Positions 28,929 through 42,492 of a DNA stretch of 64,000 nucleotides are shown one piece after another (position 1 is the first letter of the stretch; each line of letters starts with the position of its first letter). The DNA comes from Eledone cirrhosa. Its lineage: Eukaryota. Where the stretch lies: positions 404,488,001-404,552,000 of the forward strand of contig OZ024741.1 in NCBI GenBank assembly GCA_964016885.1, given 5' to 3'. A program made the position numbers and the translations under genes. Under the pieces are notes generated by a model. The model was not told where the DNA came from. It worked only from the letters and a program-made list of their open reading frames with translations, and searched no databases.

Positions 28929-29226
28929 TATTCATTCCAGCCCTCTGCTCTCTGAGTTCAAATCCCGCCAAGGTCAACTTTGCCTTTCATCCATTCGAGG
29001 TCGATAAAGAAGTACCAGTCTAGTACTGGGGTCGATTCTTCTCTATTTTTATTTCTCATATCTTTCTCAGTTTCTATCCTTCCCTAGAGGAAATCTGCTT
29101 TATTCAGACCAGGCTTAACGTGCACAAGAAACGCGGTATACTACTACAGTGCCCCTACAACTCCCTCGGGAGTTACGGAACCATACTATCGTTATCGTTC
29201 TTATTTAGATATTGATCATATTTAAG

Positions 29227-30060
29227 GCAATTGCCGACATGCATCAGCTTCGTCTTCGCCGAACTTTGCTGACTCCTCCCGGTATATGACCAGTGCGACG
29301 CTCAGCTGATTAATCGAGTTGTTGAATAGGGTGGGGTCGTCCTTGTACTCCAGGCCAATTAGGTGATGATTCCCGAAGGTAACGCCAGAAACTCATATTG
29401 GACCCGACGCCATGGAGTTTGTCAGCGCCTTCATTTACCTGCACTCGACTGTCGTCAGCAATGGAGTCTTGACCCCGGAGTTCAACCGCAGATGTGGCCT
29501 GGCTGCCGAAGTCATGAACTCCCTATAGAAACCCTTTGGTGCCATCGCTCAATTTCCCACAAGACGAAGCTCTGTATATACAATGCATAGGCTCTCTTCA
29601 CTCTCCTCTATGGAAAGGTGGCCCATCACTGAGACTCTGACAAAGAGGATTGACAACTTCGATAGCAGAGCCCTGGGGACCATGAAAAACATCAGATGGC
29701 CCCCACCACGTTTGCAACAAAGTGTTTCGTGCGTGCACGAATCAGTCCACAGCTTTCCGCCTCATAGCAATCCACCGCTTGTGCTGGTACGGACATGTCC
29801 TCCGCCTTCCACCAGATCACCCTATCAGGCCCTTACTCTCATTTGACGCAGCGGCTTCAGGCTGGAAGATTCCCGGCACCAGATGGCTGGATATCACCAG
29901 AAAAGATCTCCGGAGGCTCGACATCACTATGCAGGATGCAGCGGAGCTGGCACGGGACCGTCAGCGATGGAGGACGCTGGTGGATCTGCTCGGCTCTACG
30001 CACGACGAAGCTTTGGAGTCGTTGGCTTAAGATGACCCGGCCTCGTTGAGCAAGAAGAAG
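29227..30060 (+). mobile_element. 5'-inverted RTE LINE with (GAA)n tail and TSD
   Basis: Plus strand FIYL..KTKLCIYNA..WYGHVLRL..TRWLD..DRQRWR. Minus 29227-29362 reads LEYKDD..KTKLMHVG. TSD atatttaag at 29218-29226 and 30061-30069. Confidence 0.85.
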
Positions 30061-30180
30061 ATATTTAAGTCACAACTGTTATACGCTGTTGAATCTATTC
30101 CCTTCACATTAGTGAGATGTGAATTTGCATGTAAATAAATATGTAAGTTTATTCAATGATATATGCCTTTGCAGAAAATA

Positions 30181-30920
30181 CTAGCAGAATGGCCCGGCGT
30201 TGCTCAAGATTCAAAACATAGATTGGCATGTTTATCCCTCCTTTCTGAAACAGTACAGAGAAGTACGGAATACCTCGGCCTGGGGATGGTGTCTACATTT
30301 TGTGCTTATAAAAGAAATTCTTTGTAGATTACCAGGGGTTTAACTTAATTGGGTGCCTGAGAGTAAAATGTTCAACACACGAAAGCCAAGACGATAGGGT
30401 TAAGTAAAAAGGCATTCGACAAACCGAACATGTATTTGTTATGCTATGGTACAATGAAAGTATTAGTTACAGAGCAGATTAAAGTTTAAGCAAAGAATCG
30501 CTGCTTTCACCCTTACGGGATCTTCTGAAACTAAAAAGATCAGAAGTAAATATTTCGAAAAACGTTACACACTATATATACACACACACTTTATATATAC
30601 ATACACACACTCACACACAGATAGCGAAGTCAATATTTTCATAATGTCGTAATGCAGACAGGCAGACATACAGACATATATTATAAGGGCGCGACGTTAT
30701 AGCTATGTATCTATCTAAAAAGACATACTAAGAAAGCGAGAGAGATCGCTAACAGGCGCCTAATACGGTCCCTAGGGTATTGAAAATTTGAAATATGTTT
30801 TGCTGAAAACACTCACACGACCATAAGTATTACATGTGTAAAGTTTGAGAAAAAATCGGTTGGGTGGTTCTCGAGCTTTAGGGGGAGAGACAGACAGACA
30901 TTCTGTTTTAGATATATAGA
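30181..30920 (-). mobile_element. Non-autonomous Helitron containing a family D PLE piece (30475-30567)
   Basis: Minus strand a|TCtatat...gagcaacgccgggccattctgCTAG|t. Confidence 0.75.
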
Positions 30921-32680
30921 TATCTCTTTCTTTTGTATTCTGATATCACATATGGAAGTTTCCACCGGGTTGCTAACACCTCTCTTATCTCGATAACAAG
31001 GGACCAGTTGTATGACCATATTCAGCATTCCACTCCCCAGATATTTATATTTAGAAAGTTTCATTTACGGAGATGTGCTTGTTTATTGGACAGTGCGTGT
31101 TAGTACTAGTAAAACAACTGAGTGTCTTTTTTATGTTACAATCATATCAACTAGGTTAGATCTTACCCTCTTTACTTGATACGACGGTTGTAAAGCTCAT
31201 AGGTTGACTATGAATGAGTGATGCTAGAGCTGTGAAATCTTGTATGATTTAATAAGGCAGTATCGGTAGAGGGTAGAAGCCATGCTTTGCATCATAGAGT
31301 TATGTCCCTTTACAGACTGAGTTCAAATCCCACCGTGGTTAACTTTGCCTTTCATCCTTACGGGGTTGATAAAATAAAGTACCAGTTATGTACTGAGTAA
31401 TTGCTGGCCTTGTGCCAAAAGTAGAAACAATTATTTCTTTCCAGAGAATATGTTGAAAAATAAACCTCATTTGGTCACTCCATTAGAGTATCTTGGTCAG
31501 CCTACGAAGAAATGATGCTAATGTTGGAAATCGACCCAGTGCATTACTGGTACATTATTTTATGACCCTTAAGGATTGGAAGGCAAAGTTAACATCGACG
31601 GGATTTGAACTCAGATCGTAAAGCGTCGTAACTTTATGCCATAAAGCATGTTGTCCGACGCTCCACCGATACTGCCAATCGACCACCCTAATTGGTAATA
31701 TTACAACCTGAAAGTAATATAACAACGAAAGGGTGGAGGATTTGCAGAATCATTTGAGCGTAGGGCAAATATGTTACCTATTTGTTTCAGTTCTTTTTGT
31801 TCAGAGTTGAAATGCCTTTAAGCTTTAAGGGCCATTTTACCTTTCATCCTTCCGAAGATCGATAACATGAAATACATTTTGCCTTGCACCGTTCCGAGGG
31901 TCGATAAAATGAAATACCAATCAAGTTGTGGATTCGATATAATCGAATGCCCCCTTTCATCAAAACTGCTGACTTTCTAAATTAGAAACTATTTTTAGAA
32001 CATCTAGGGGTCCTGTTATTTTTATTTTGTCTTTTAGCTCAGTTTTGAATATTACTTTTACGAAATCGACTATAATATCCTTTAGTAAGTGTTTATTTCA
32101 TTCAATTGTACTGTTCACTCTCTTATTCATCTAAAGCTGTGTTTGCTTCCCTTTTCTTTATCTAAAAGGATATTAATTCTTTTGTTCTTGTTTTTCTTCT
32201 GGAAAATTGTCTCAGGGCATTTAGCCAAACAGCGCGTTATGTTAATTTCCTTCTTGAAACCATTCACCGTATGATACTAGATATTCAGTGGTTTATTATC
32301 TGAAGCAAAAGGACTTAGGTCATCCATATTCAAGAGGTAGTTGATTGCTATCTCATGAAAATGTTTATCCTATCTGTATCCAGTTTTGTTTAATATGCTC
32401 CAGGTATTAACACCATGCAGATATCGAATGGAACGAGAGAATGTAATATTTCTCTTCATATACTTATCTGTTTACAATTCTGTCTTGTTTGTATCGGTAA
32501 AAACTTCCGTCGATTTACCTGTCATGTTTCATATAGCAATGTGTTATTATTGTTATATCACACAGAATATAATATTTATAGAATCCTAGGGTAGAGCACA
32601 TGGTCAAAAATATAATCCCTTTCATGCTATGGCACATCTCACAGCCTCCAGGATTAATCAGAAACTGATCCATGTATCAA

Positions 32681-32980
32681 TCTTCTTCTTCTTCTTCTTC
32701 TTCTTCTTCTTCTTCTTCTTCTTCTTCTTCTTCTTCTTCTTCTTCTTCTTCTTCTTCTTCTTCTTCTTCTTCTTCTTCTTCTTCTTCTTCGCTCACTTAT
32801 CAAGTGTCATGGCGGTTGAGTCCTCAAACCCTCCTTCCAGTGGGTTCTGTCAGAAGTAGCCGTCTCCAACTGATCCGAGAGGTTGCTCAAGCGAGATCAG
32901 CCGAGTTAATGGATGTTATCCAACGATCCTGCTCGGGGTCTACCCCTGGGTCTCCAGCCTGTTGGTTTTCCCGTAAAATC
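32681..32980 (-). mobile_element. RTE 3' end with long (GAA)n tail
   Basis: GKPTGWRPRGRPR..LDNIH..DQLETATSDRTHWKE. Related piece at 42491-42590(+). Confidence 0.8.
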
Positions 32981-33068
32981 TGTCCAAAGAATATCAACAT
33001 TTTCATTTAAAATTTTTTTTTTCTGGGTGAACATTTATTCATTGTGGCTATATTGCCTTTAAGGATCA

Positions 33069-34170
33069 CCATATTCTAGGCTAGAATAATATGGAACACT
33101 GTATTCTAGGCTAGTATAATATAAACCTAGTATAATATGAACCTAGTATAATATGAACCTAGTATAATATGAACCTAGTATAATATGAACCTAGTACAAT
33201 ATGAACCTAGTATAATATGAACCTAGTATAATATGAACCTAGTATAATATGAACCTAGTATAATATGAACCTAGTACAATATGAACCTAGTACAATATGA
33301 ACCTAGTATAATATAAACCTAGTATAATATGAACCTAGTACAATATGAACCTAGTACAATATGAACCTAGTATAATATAAACCTAGTATAATATGAACCT
33401 AGTACAATATGAACCTAGTATAATATGAACCTAGTATAATATGAACCTAGTATAATATGAACCTAGTATAATATGAACCTAGTACAATATGAACCTAGTA
33501 TAATATGAACCTAGTATAATATGAACCTAGTATAATATGAACCTAGTACAATATGAACCTAGTATAATATGAACCTAGTATAATATGAACCTAGTACAAT
33601 ATGAACCTAGTACAATATGAACCTAGTATAATATAAACCTAGTATAATATGAACCTAGTACAATATGAACCTAGTACAATATGAACCTAGTATAATATAA
33701 ACCTAGTATAATATGAACCTAGTACAATATGAACCTAGTATAATATGAACCTAGTATAATATGAACCTAGTACAATATGAATCTAGAATAATATGAACCT
33801 AGTATAATATGAACATAGTATAATATGAACCTAGTATAATATGAACCTAGTACAATATGAACCTAGTACAATATGAACCTAGTACAATATGAACCTAGTA
33901 TAATATGAACCTAGTACAATATGAACCTAGTATAATATGAACCTAGTATAATATGAACCTAGTACAATATGAACCTAGTATAATATGAACCTAGTGTAAT
34001 ATGAACCTAGTACAATATGAACCTAGTACAATATGAACCTAATACAATATGAACCTAGTATAATATGAACCTAGTATAATATGAACCTAGTACAATATGA
34101 ACCCAGTACAATATGAACCTAGTACAATATGAACCTAGTATAATATGAACCGAGTATAATATGAACCTAG
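33069..34170. repeat. 16-bp minisatellite (aacctagta[t/c]aatatg), ~66 copies
   Basis: Direct observation. Confidence 0.95.
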
Positions 34171-34892
34171 AAAACAATTTGGTATTTCTTAAGTTTCTTT
34201 CTTTTTTCTGCTAGTCTTGAAAACTGAGATTAAGAAAGTTTTAACTGTTGTTTCCGGGTTTTGTTCAATATTTCTTATTCGATATTACATGGGTTATTTT
34301 TTTTTTTATTATTTTGTTACACGTATTTCTTTTCCCGTCATTTTATCTTTTTACATCCCTGCTTGTGGCCATCTACACACTGTCCACACTTATGTTGCTG
34401 TTGTTGTTGCTTTTATATTTTCTTTTTACATCGTTCTCTGTAAAATCATTTTCGTTTGGAGACGAAATATCCTGTTTGTTAAAAAAAATGTTGCTGCATT
34501 TGATAACGACAGATTCTTTATAATTTAGCTCTGGTTTATTGTTTTAGGCACTCTTTCACTTAGGATATATATTCTATTCATTATGTTGTATCTGTCTGTG
34601 GGGATGTTTGAGAAAAATATATTTTCTGTTATTTTCTATCTTAAACTTGATATTTGTTTTCCCTAGAGAAAGATTTTCATCAGAGGCTTTGAAGAACTGC
34701 CTAATTTGTTTAATTATATTACTGACGCTTCTTTGATTGGTGGGTGTATACTGGTAATATTAAGATCTGCTTCTAGTTCCAATTTGGATAGGATTGCAGA
34801 ATTTCCATTTTACATTGCGGTTGCTATTTTAACGTTGATTGTATCTTGGAGGAGGTTTAGTTGATCCTTAAGATGATCTTTCAATATTAATC

Positions 34893-35290
34893 TTTTGACT
34901 AAAGAGTAACGTTTGTTTTTAATATTTCATTCAATCGTACAATTAGTACAACTGAGATGTGATTGTCTGGTTTTGTGGCCAGGTTTCAAAGGGTATTACA
35001 CCAGTCATATCTCACCCAATACTTAACAAGACCTTCTGGGGATAAAGATCTTGCTTCGGATGAGGTTTTGCTTGTTACCTTGATTGAACTTACTGCTGTT
35101 GGCATTTAAGCTTCTCAAATAGTATCCACTTTTCATTGGCGCTTCCTAGACAAGTGAACAATGGAGACTTAGATTCTCGAAAATAAAAACCAATGCAGAT
35201 GTTGACGCGTTTTTTCGGTTGTTTTCCCTCAGTTCATGTGGAACCCACTTACAAAGCTTAGACACCAATTCAGGGTCATGATGGAAATAT
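34893..35290 (-). pseudogene. Mariner transposase remnant
   Basis: LVSKLCKWVPHEL..NEKWILF..PQKVLLSIG*DMTGVI..NQTITSQLY. Confidence 0.85.
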
Positions 35291-35544
35291 TTCCATCATC
35301 TTACAATTTCAGTTTCAGTCACCAATCTGGTACTTTATCAAACCCACGAAGACAAGGCTTTTTTAGAGGTAGCCTTTACTCGCCTCGTCGTGACTACGTT
35401 CCAAGGTTGTGAGAGTTTTCTTTGGAGCCGCAAGTGCCACTTATTGCTCCATCTCCCCTAGTAGTTTACCTCGGTTGGTCTGGGTTTCCTTAATCGTCTG
35501 GCAGTTGCCCGCGTATATCGCAACTAGCCATCATATCTGGTAGC

Positions 35545-35895
35545 CAGACCGAAAGTATACGGTCACGAATACAAGTGGCCGAAATGGGGTCTCTCCCAAA
35601 GGTATTTGGTGTAACGTTACTCGGTAGTATTCTTTCGGTGATTACCCAAGATTCATGACCATAGGTAAGGGTTGGCAAGAATACTGAAATGAAAATAGTG
35701 AGTTTGGCTTTTACACCTACCTCCCTTCTTCTGATTACCAAATGCTGAAGTTGGCACATTACTGCACCAGTTCCTGCAATTCTTGTCCTTAATTCAGCCT
35801 CCTAGCTTTTATCACTCATGAACATGGCCCCGAGATACTTGACCCTCTCCACCTGCTTTAGTGGAACTCCATTCACATGTAGTGGGCGATGTTTG
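35545..35895 (-). mobile_element. RTE ORF fragment with a small inverted block
   Basis: Minus strand VNGVPLKQVERVKYLG..AKLTIFISVFLPTLTYGHESW. Plus 35548-35628 reads RSRIQVAEMG..GVTL. Confidence 0.8.
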
Positions 35896-36150
35896 GTTTG
35901 TATTCTGTAAATGTTATAGGCTTTGTTTCTGTGTTTTATTTATTACTAGACCCCCCTCCCCGTGACAAGTTCGGTCACCTTTACTTCAAAATATCTTTCA
36001 AAAATCATGTTCAATTAAAAATAATGTTTAAATAATTTGAATTTATAGACATGTATATAATGTGAAGGCCCATATATATATATATATATATATACGTGTG
36101 TGTATGTATATATATATAAATGTGTGTGTGTGTATACATATATATATATG

Positions 36151-36219
<69 letters not shown>

Positions 36220-36283
36220 GGGGGGTCTGTGTTCTATATACATTGGTCATAGACACACACATATGTATATACACACACACTCT

Positions 36284-36355
<72 letters not shown>

Positions 36356-37500
36356 ACACCACCAGCTCTCTTTCAATCTCCTTCTCTGTATCCACTCCTT
36401 CTCTCTATGTCTCTCTTTCAATCTACTCTGTCACAACCACTATCTCTTCCTCTCTATCTTTCTCTCTCTTTGTTTATGAAGGTACCCAGAAAAACCCCAA
36501 ATCTCGGGAACCTGTGGTTCAATTTACGTGAAACTTGTTTTATTCCATTTGTATTCCTATTTCAGGGGCAACTTCCTTTCAAAGTATTTTCCGATTATGC
36601 GCCCTTTTAGCTGTATCACATTACAAATAAGCAAACAATCACAGAGTTTTAGTAGTATATAGATAGATTCTGAAACTCAGTCTAACTTCAGAATATCTGT
36701 TTTAAATTGATATAGTTTTATAGATGTTTCTATCATTTTCCTATATGTTTTAAGTTTGTTGTTCGTATTTCGATGATACATCCTTTCGTTTATGTGTTCT
36801 GTATCTATGTGGTGAGGTTACTGTTTTACCTTTAAGTAAATATGGACAGGTAGTAGATAGTCCATTTTGACAAAAAGTACTTTTAAACCAAATGACATTT
36901 TCTTTCTATGTTTTATATACGTTCTGTGGTAGTCATGCGTTTTCATTTTAAAATATGTCGTATGGAAATATATATGTTCCATATTCATATATGCCTTCTC
37001 TGTTTTATGTAGATAAAATTGGATATTATTTAGATTATATCTATTATTACCAATTATTGGGGTTTTATCATATAACGATGTGGAAATATGCAAATAACAT
37101 CTCCCCAATAAAATCTCTATTAACTAAATATTTAGGAAATTGAATATTCAGATTTAGTCCGTAAAATATCTAGTACAGTGTTTCAGAAAATTGTAGCAGT
37201 GTCTAGAAGATATACTTGTACTTAATGTTAAATAATTATAGTATATAATAGGATGAAGAGTTTTCCACCATTTATATCTACCAAAATTCGATTGCCTCAA
37301 TATAATATACTTTTGCTATAAACTCCCTCAGGCAAAATCAATAATATACTCGGGGAAAACGTTCTGTAGTAAAAACAAGGATCTATATAGTTGATGAAAT
37401 ATTTTCATTCGCTACCTACACACCACACACATCTCTCATACATTTCATATAGAATTCGTACATTTATACAATATAAAGTTCGCACACACACACACACGTT

Positions 37501-37572
<72 letters not shown>

Positions 37573-37594
37573 CATCTACACACATATATATATA

Positions 37595-38013
37595 TTTCGT
37601 TTCTGAATTTTTTTAGCAAGATTGTTTATCTAAAAACGTGTGTTGAAACCGATATTTTTATACTTTGGCAGGGTCATGTTGCCAATAAGAAACACACGCA
37701 CCAGTTGCTTTCACTTCAATTTATTATAAATTAAATTTATAAATTTAAGAATTTATAAATTTCCAGTTGGTTGGTTGGTTCCACAACTGGACGGTTGTTC
37801 ATATATTGTCAAAGTTCTTTCGTCACGCATTCTGTGACCTCTTCAGTAACTGGGGATTCTTCTCTTTGTTTTGTGCCTCTCCTTTGTTCCGTCTTACGCC
37901 ATCTTGTTTTTGTGTGTGTTCATACACAAAAACAAGATGGCGTAGGACAGAACGAAAGCAACTGGTGCGTGTCTTTCTTATTGGCAACATGACCCTCCCA
38001 GAGTATAACAATA
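37595..38013 (-). mobile_element. Family C fold-back PLE 3' end
   Basis: Matches 8240-8570. HHR at ~37807-37850(-). Partly deleted inverted arm. Confidence 0.85.
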
Positions 38014-38027
38014 TATATATATATATC

Positions 38028-38222
38028 ACATAAGAAACGGAGAATCAGTGGTGCAAACGAACTTAAATTTATTAGACATGTTACAATCGTTTCTCTGGCG
38101 ACCAGCTCGAGGCACGATTGCTCAAAAGGCCTACCGCATACGGACGCCTTAAACATATATATATATAAAAAGCTCTGTAGTCTACATAGAGCACTCTCTT
38201 TTCCTTTACCTTTCCTACACAC

Positions 38223-38281
<59 letters not shown>

Positions 38282-38560
38282 GAAAAATCAGTGATGCATC
38301 TGGACTCAGTTTATTGTGTGTTACAATTGTTTCGCCGGCAGATAGCTCGAGACAGGATCATTGTATGGAGCTGTCTGATTCTAGATCTGCAGGTTCTTCG
38401 GACACATGCGATACTGCCGGCGAAACAATCGTAACACACAATAAACTGAGTCCATATGCATCACTGATTTTTCGTTTTATATTATATCATACTCTGCTCT
38501 GTAAGAACATAGAGTGCCCAACTGGCATACCGCCTATGGAAGCATCATAGCTACCATTAA
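38028..38560. mobile_element. Two related fold-back PLE ends (family N) with a U4C HHR at 38317-38406(-)
   Basis: tgtgt-CCGAAGA-(long stem II)-GAAA-caatt-GTA-acaca. 38278-38340 is inverted at 38414-38480. Confidence 0.7.
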
Positions 38561-38613
<53 letters not shown>

Positions 38614-39023
38614 ATATATACATACAACTCATTTTTACCAGCTGAGTGGACTGGAGAAACGTGAAGTGTCTTGCTGAAGGACACAACACGTCGCCGGGAA
38701 TCTGACTCACGACGTTTCGAGTGTGGGCCGAATATCCTAACCACAAACCCATTACTTATGTGTGTGTGACAGCTCAAACCTATGCAGGTTTAGATGGCCT
38801 TCTCCAAGGTAGATCTCGTTGGAGGTGTCTTGGGTAATTTAATGATAGGGACCCCAGTCATATCATCTCATTTCTACAGCTGAGTAAACTGGAGCAACGT
38901 GGAATAAAGTGTCTTGCTCAAGGAAACAACACACCACAACTTTTCGATTGCAAGCCCAATGCTGTAACCACTAAGCCATGCGCCTTCACAATTACTTATG
39001 GGATGACATGATATATATATATA

Positions 39024-40400
39024 TCAAGTCATCCCATAAATAATAACTTTTTTACACGGTACTTGTTAAAACATGTTCCAGCATGTCTAAAAAATATTTT
39101 TCCACAGTTGTATAACCACTGCTGAGACGAAGATAATTTCCGGCTTGCAGTCACATAAGTTATAATTTGTTGCTTTGATAATCTTTCATAAAAATGGAAG
39201 TCACAGAAGAGCACATAAAACACACCATGCTTCTTTACCAGTTCAAACAGTGTTGCGAATACTGTAACACATGTAAACAAGTGAATGATGAAGGATTAAG
39301 GTTGTTTTCAATATTCGTAAGTAGCCACAATGGGTCAATACATTTTGTTAAGGGAACTTTGACTTGGAAGACGGCAACCGCTCTAGGGACCCAGTCTCTT
39401 TTGATAATGATAAGCTGATACCCGATATTGAAAAGAAACCCGATGAAACCTCTAAGGAATTATACTCTTTTGCAAATTTGGAATAAATGATAAATCTGAA
39501 GGTGGAAGTAAGAAAAATATGGAGTATGGGGAAACTTTTCCCTTTAATCTTAGAATATGTAATGTTTGTACTATGAAGTGAAATGTCATAACATACTTTC
39601 GATTGACTAAAGAGAAACGTTTGTTTTTAATTTTTCATTCAATCGTACTGTTGTTCACAGTACAACTGAGATGTGACTGTTTCGTGTTGTGGCTAGGTTT
39701 AAACGGGTATTACATCAGTCATATCTCACCCAATACTTAGCAAGGCCTTCTGGGGATAAAGATCTTGCTTCGAATGAGGTTTTGCTTGATACCTTGATTG
39801 AACTTACTACTGTCGGCATTTAAGCTTCTCAAATAGAATTCACTTTTCATTACCGATCCCTACTCCCTTACCATCGTCCGGGGAAACGCCTTCTCCAATC
39901 TGTCCGCCGGAGCTGTAGGACGGCCAGCACGTGGGACCCCATTTACTCACAATGCAGAGAGAAGGGGATGGCGAGAGAGATGGAGGTGATGACTTTGGGA
40001 GTTCGGCTCTTCTGTGTTCGGACACATTGCACCTGTCATGTGATCATGTGATACTATTGTTAAACTTTCTTCATATATTCATTACAGGATTTATTTTTAC
40101 TTATCCCTGGTGAACAATGGAGACTTAGATTCTCGAAAATAAAGAGAAATGCAGATGTTGACCCGTTCTTTTCGGTTTTTTCCCCTCAGTTCATGTGGAA
40201 CCCACTTACAAAGTTTAGACACCAATCCAGGATCCTTTAAATAGTGATGGGTGGTTGAGGATCTTCTCTTAACTCTTTAGTAGTTGTATAAGGATTTTCT
40301 ATATGCCAGTCCGGGATTTCTTTCGTAATTCACTGATTGACTTATACGTGCTATTGCAGTGCCAATAAGCAGTCGGTGTATAAGAAACCACATTGTGAGG
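39024..40400 (+). mobile_element. Degenerate mariner with internal inversion and CRE insertion
   Basis: Probable TIR at 39024. Plus strand MEVTEEHIKH..GNFDLEDGNRS..KPDETSKEL. Minus 39465-40270 reads WVPHEL..PSD/YHLF. Confidence 0.75.
39858..40110 (+). mobile_element. CRE-clade 3' end inserted in mariner
   Basis: LTIVRGNAFSNLSAGAVGRP. Interrupts sequence that is continuous in the 35.1-kb mariner copy. Confidence 0.7.
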
Positions 40401-41111
40401 GTAATTGTTAATTTTATCAATTAATTCCTATTATTTTTCATGTCCCCTCGTCTCCTCGCTAAATCTAATGAGTCCGTTCTGTGGGTTACAACCATCGTTA
40501 ATTCCATTTAATTTGGTGTTTACCAGACCAACTTCGATTAATATCGAAAACACTACTAATATTACGATATTACTATATTACTATATATATATATGTGTGT
40601 GTGGCTGTGTGTGTGTGTGTGTGTATTTGTGAGGGTGAGAGTGTGTGGGTGTATTTGTGAGTGTGAGTGTGTGTGTATTTGTGAGTTTGAGAGAGTGTGT
40701 GTGTTTATTTGTGAGTGTGAGAGAGTGTGTGTGTGTGTGTTTGTGTGTGTATTTGTGAGAGTGAGAGAGTGTTTGTGTGTTTGTATGTGTGTGTGAATGT
40801 GTGTGAATGTGTGTATGTATGTATGTGTGTATGTGTGTGTGTGTGTGAGAGTGTGTGTGTACATATAAGAAAGTGTTGCAGTTTGCTTGCAGCATTATAG
40901 AGTATGAAAATCAGTTGTTTTAGAAGCCACAACAATACACCTGCATTGTAGCAACTTCCAAAACAACCAATAACCTTATATACAGACTGTATCAAAATCA
41001 ATCATCAGATTTTATTTACAATTTTACAATGCTCAATATATAAATAACTTTATTGATATATAAGTTACAAAAGAAGAATAAAACTATATATTCATATACA
41101 TATATATTTAT

Positions 41112-41392
41112 GTATTAGGATTGGTGCTCTGAAATAGCGATGTATACATGAATGTATGTATAGTATATGGCAATATACTGTATGTTCAATTAAAACCAGT
41201 TTGAAGACCATACGCTATCAGTTTTAAAGTAGTGACTATGTCACTTACTTCTTTTCGGCGAAAGAAGGGAGACCAGCTGACAGTCTGTTTCCACTGGTTG
41301 GCGTTACTCCCACGTACTCGCCTGCTTTCGCCGAAAATTATAGTAGGTGGATTCTTATAGAATTCCTGTAATAATCAGGAGCTGATAACAGC
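41112..41392 (-). mobile_element. Diverged family J monomer
   Basis: Shares gctctgaaatagc, tttgaagacc, ttttaaagtagtgact and aataatcaggagctgat with 20092-20400. Confidence 0.65.
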
Positions 41393-41394
41393 GA

Positions 41395-41690
41395 TATTTA
41401 TATTTGGGGAGGGTCATATTATTATAATCTTGCCAGAGATAGTAAAACACACTCACTATAATAGCGGCAATAAACGTAACAACAATTTATGTAGCAACCA
41501 CAATAATAAACATTGATTGCCAGCTAAATTAACTATAGAGACACAAATATACTCAATTGAAAACCAATCCAAACCATACAGTGAGTGAGTTTCATTATAT
41601 ATTTCTGGCAATATTATAACTATATGACCCTCCCCAAATATAACAATATGTGTTTCAACACACGATTTCATGTCAAAAACCTTGCAAAAC

Positions 41691-41695
<5 letters not shown>
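41395..41695 (+). mobile_element. Family C-related fold-back end
   Basis: tatttggggagggtcat arm is inverted at 41580-41645, followed by the same tail as family C. Confidence 0.7.
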
Positions 41696-41777
<82 letters not shown>

Positions 41778-41780
<3 letters not shown>

Positions 41781-42444
41781 ATTTGTAGTTGTAAGGCCAA
41801 AACAATGCAGATATGGATATAGAATATAAATGCAAATGCAAAAGGTATTGTTGACAGTTAGTCTTTTACCTTAAATTTATTTTAATTTCCTTAGTTTTCG
41901 AGATAATATATCTTCTTCGGAGTGAAGTAAAGTGGTTAAACCAGTGTTCTAAATAGCTTGCCAAGTCATGCTGACAGGAAATGGTATAGAGATTCTGTTC
42001 TATCTCTAATGTCAAAGAGTGAAGGTTAGGTGGATAAAGAGTATTCTCCCTTTAAAAGGGGTTTTGTACATGTATGTTTAAGTGTGTGGGAGAATACGTG
42101 AAGGCGTAAGTATGTGTGTGTGTGTGTGTGAGTGTGAGAAGATATGTCTATACGTAAATGTAGGGGCTAGATGCTCTATCATGTTAAAACTGGTCTTTGT
42201 GTGTGTATGTGTGTGAGAGAGAATAGGTGCAGGTGTAAGCGTGTGTGTGTGTGTGCGTGTGTGTGTGCGTATGCGTGTGTGTGAGGGAGGGGTGTAAGTG
42301 GGGGGCTAGCTGGTCTATCAAGTTATAAATTGGGTGTTGAGTTCTAGTCTATTATTGATTGGTCGTTGTGTTTTGTCTATAATCAGTGCTTCTTTAATTC
42401 TAAGATTGCCGAGGTTTCTTTCCTTACTTTCTATCCTAACTGTT

Positions 42445-42450
<6 letters not shown>
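41778..42450 (-). mobile_element. PLE 3' fragment (EN C-terminus plus UTR)
   Basis: NITVRIESKERNLGNLRIKEALIIDKTQRPINNRLE. HHR remnant CCGAAGA..GAAA at ~41890-41926. Confidence 0.65.

Positions 42451-42492
<42 letters not shown>

Noticed and set aside
33069-34170. CRISPR-like regular array
   Set aside because: No unique spacers. It is a plain tandem repeat in eukaryotic DNA.
34200-34890. Host exon or LINE ORF1-like open stretch
   Set aside because: Contains stops and no recognisable domain or splice context.
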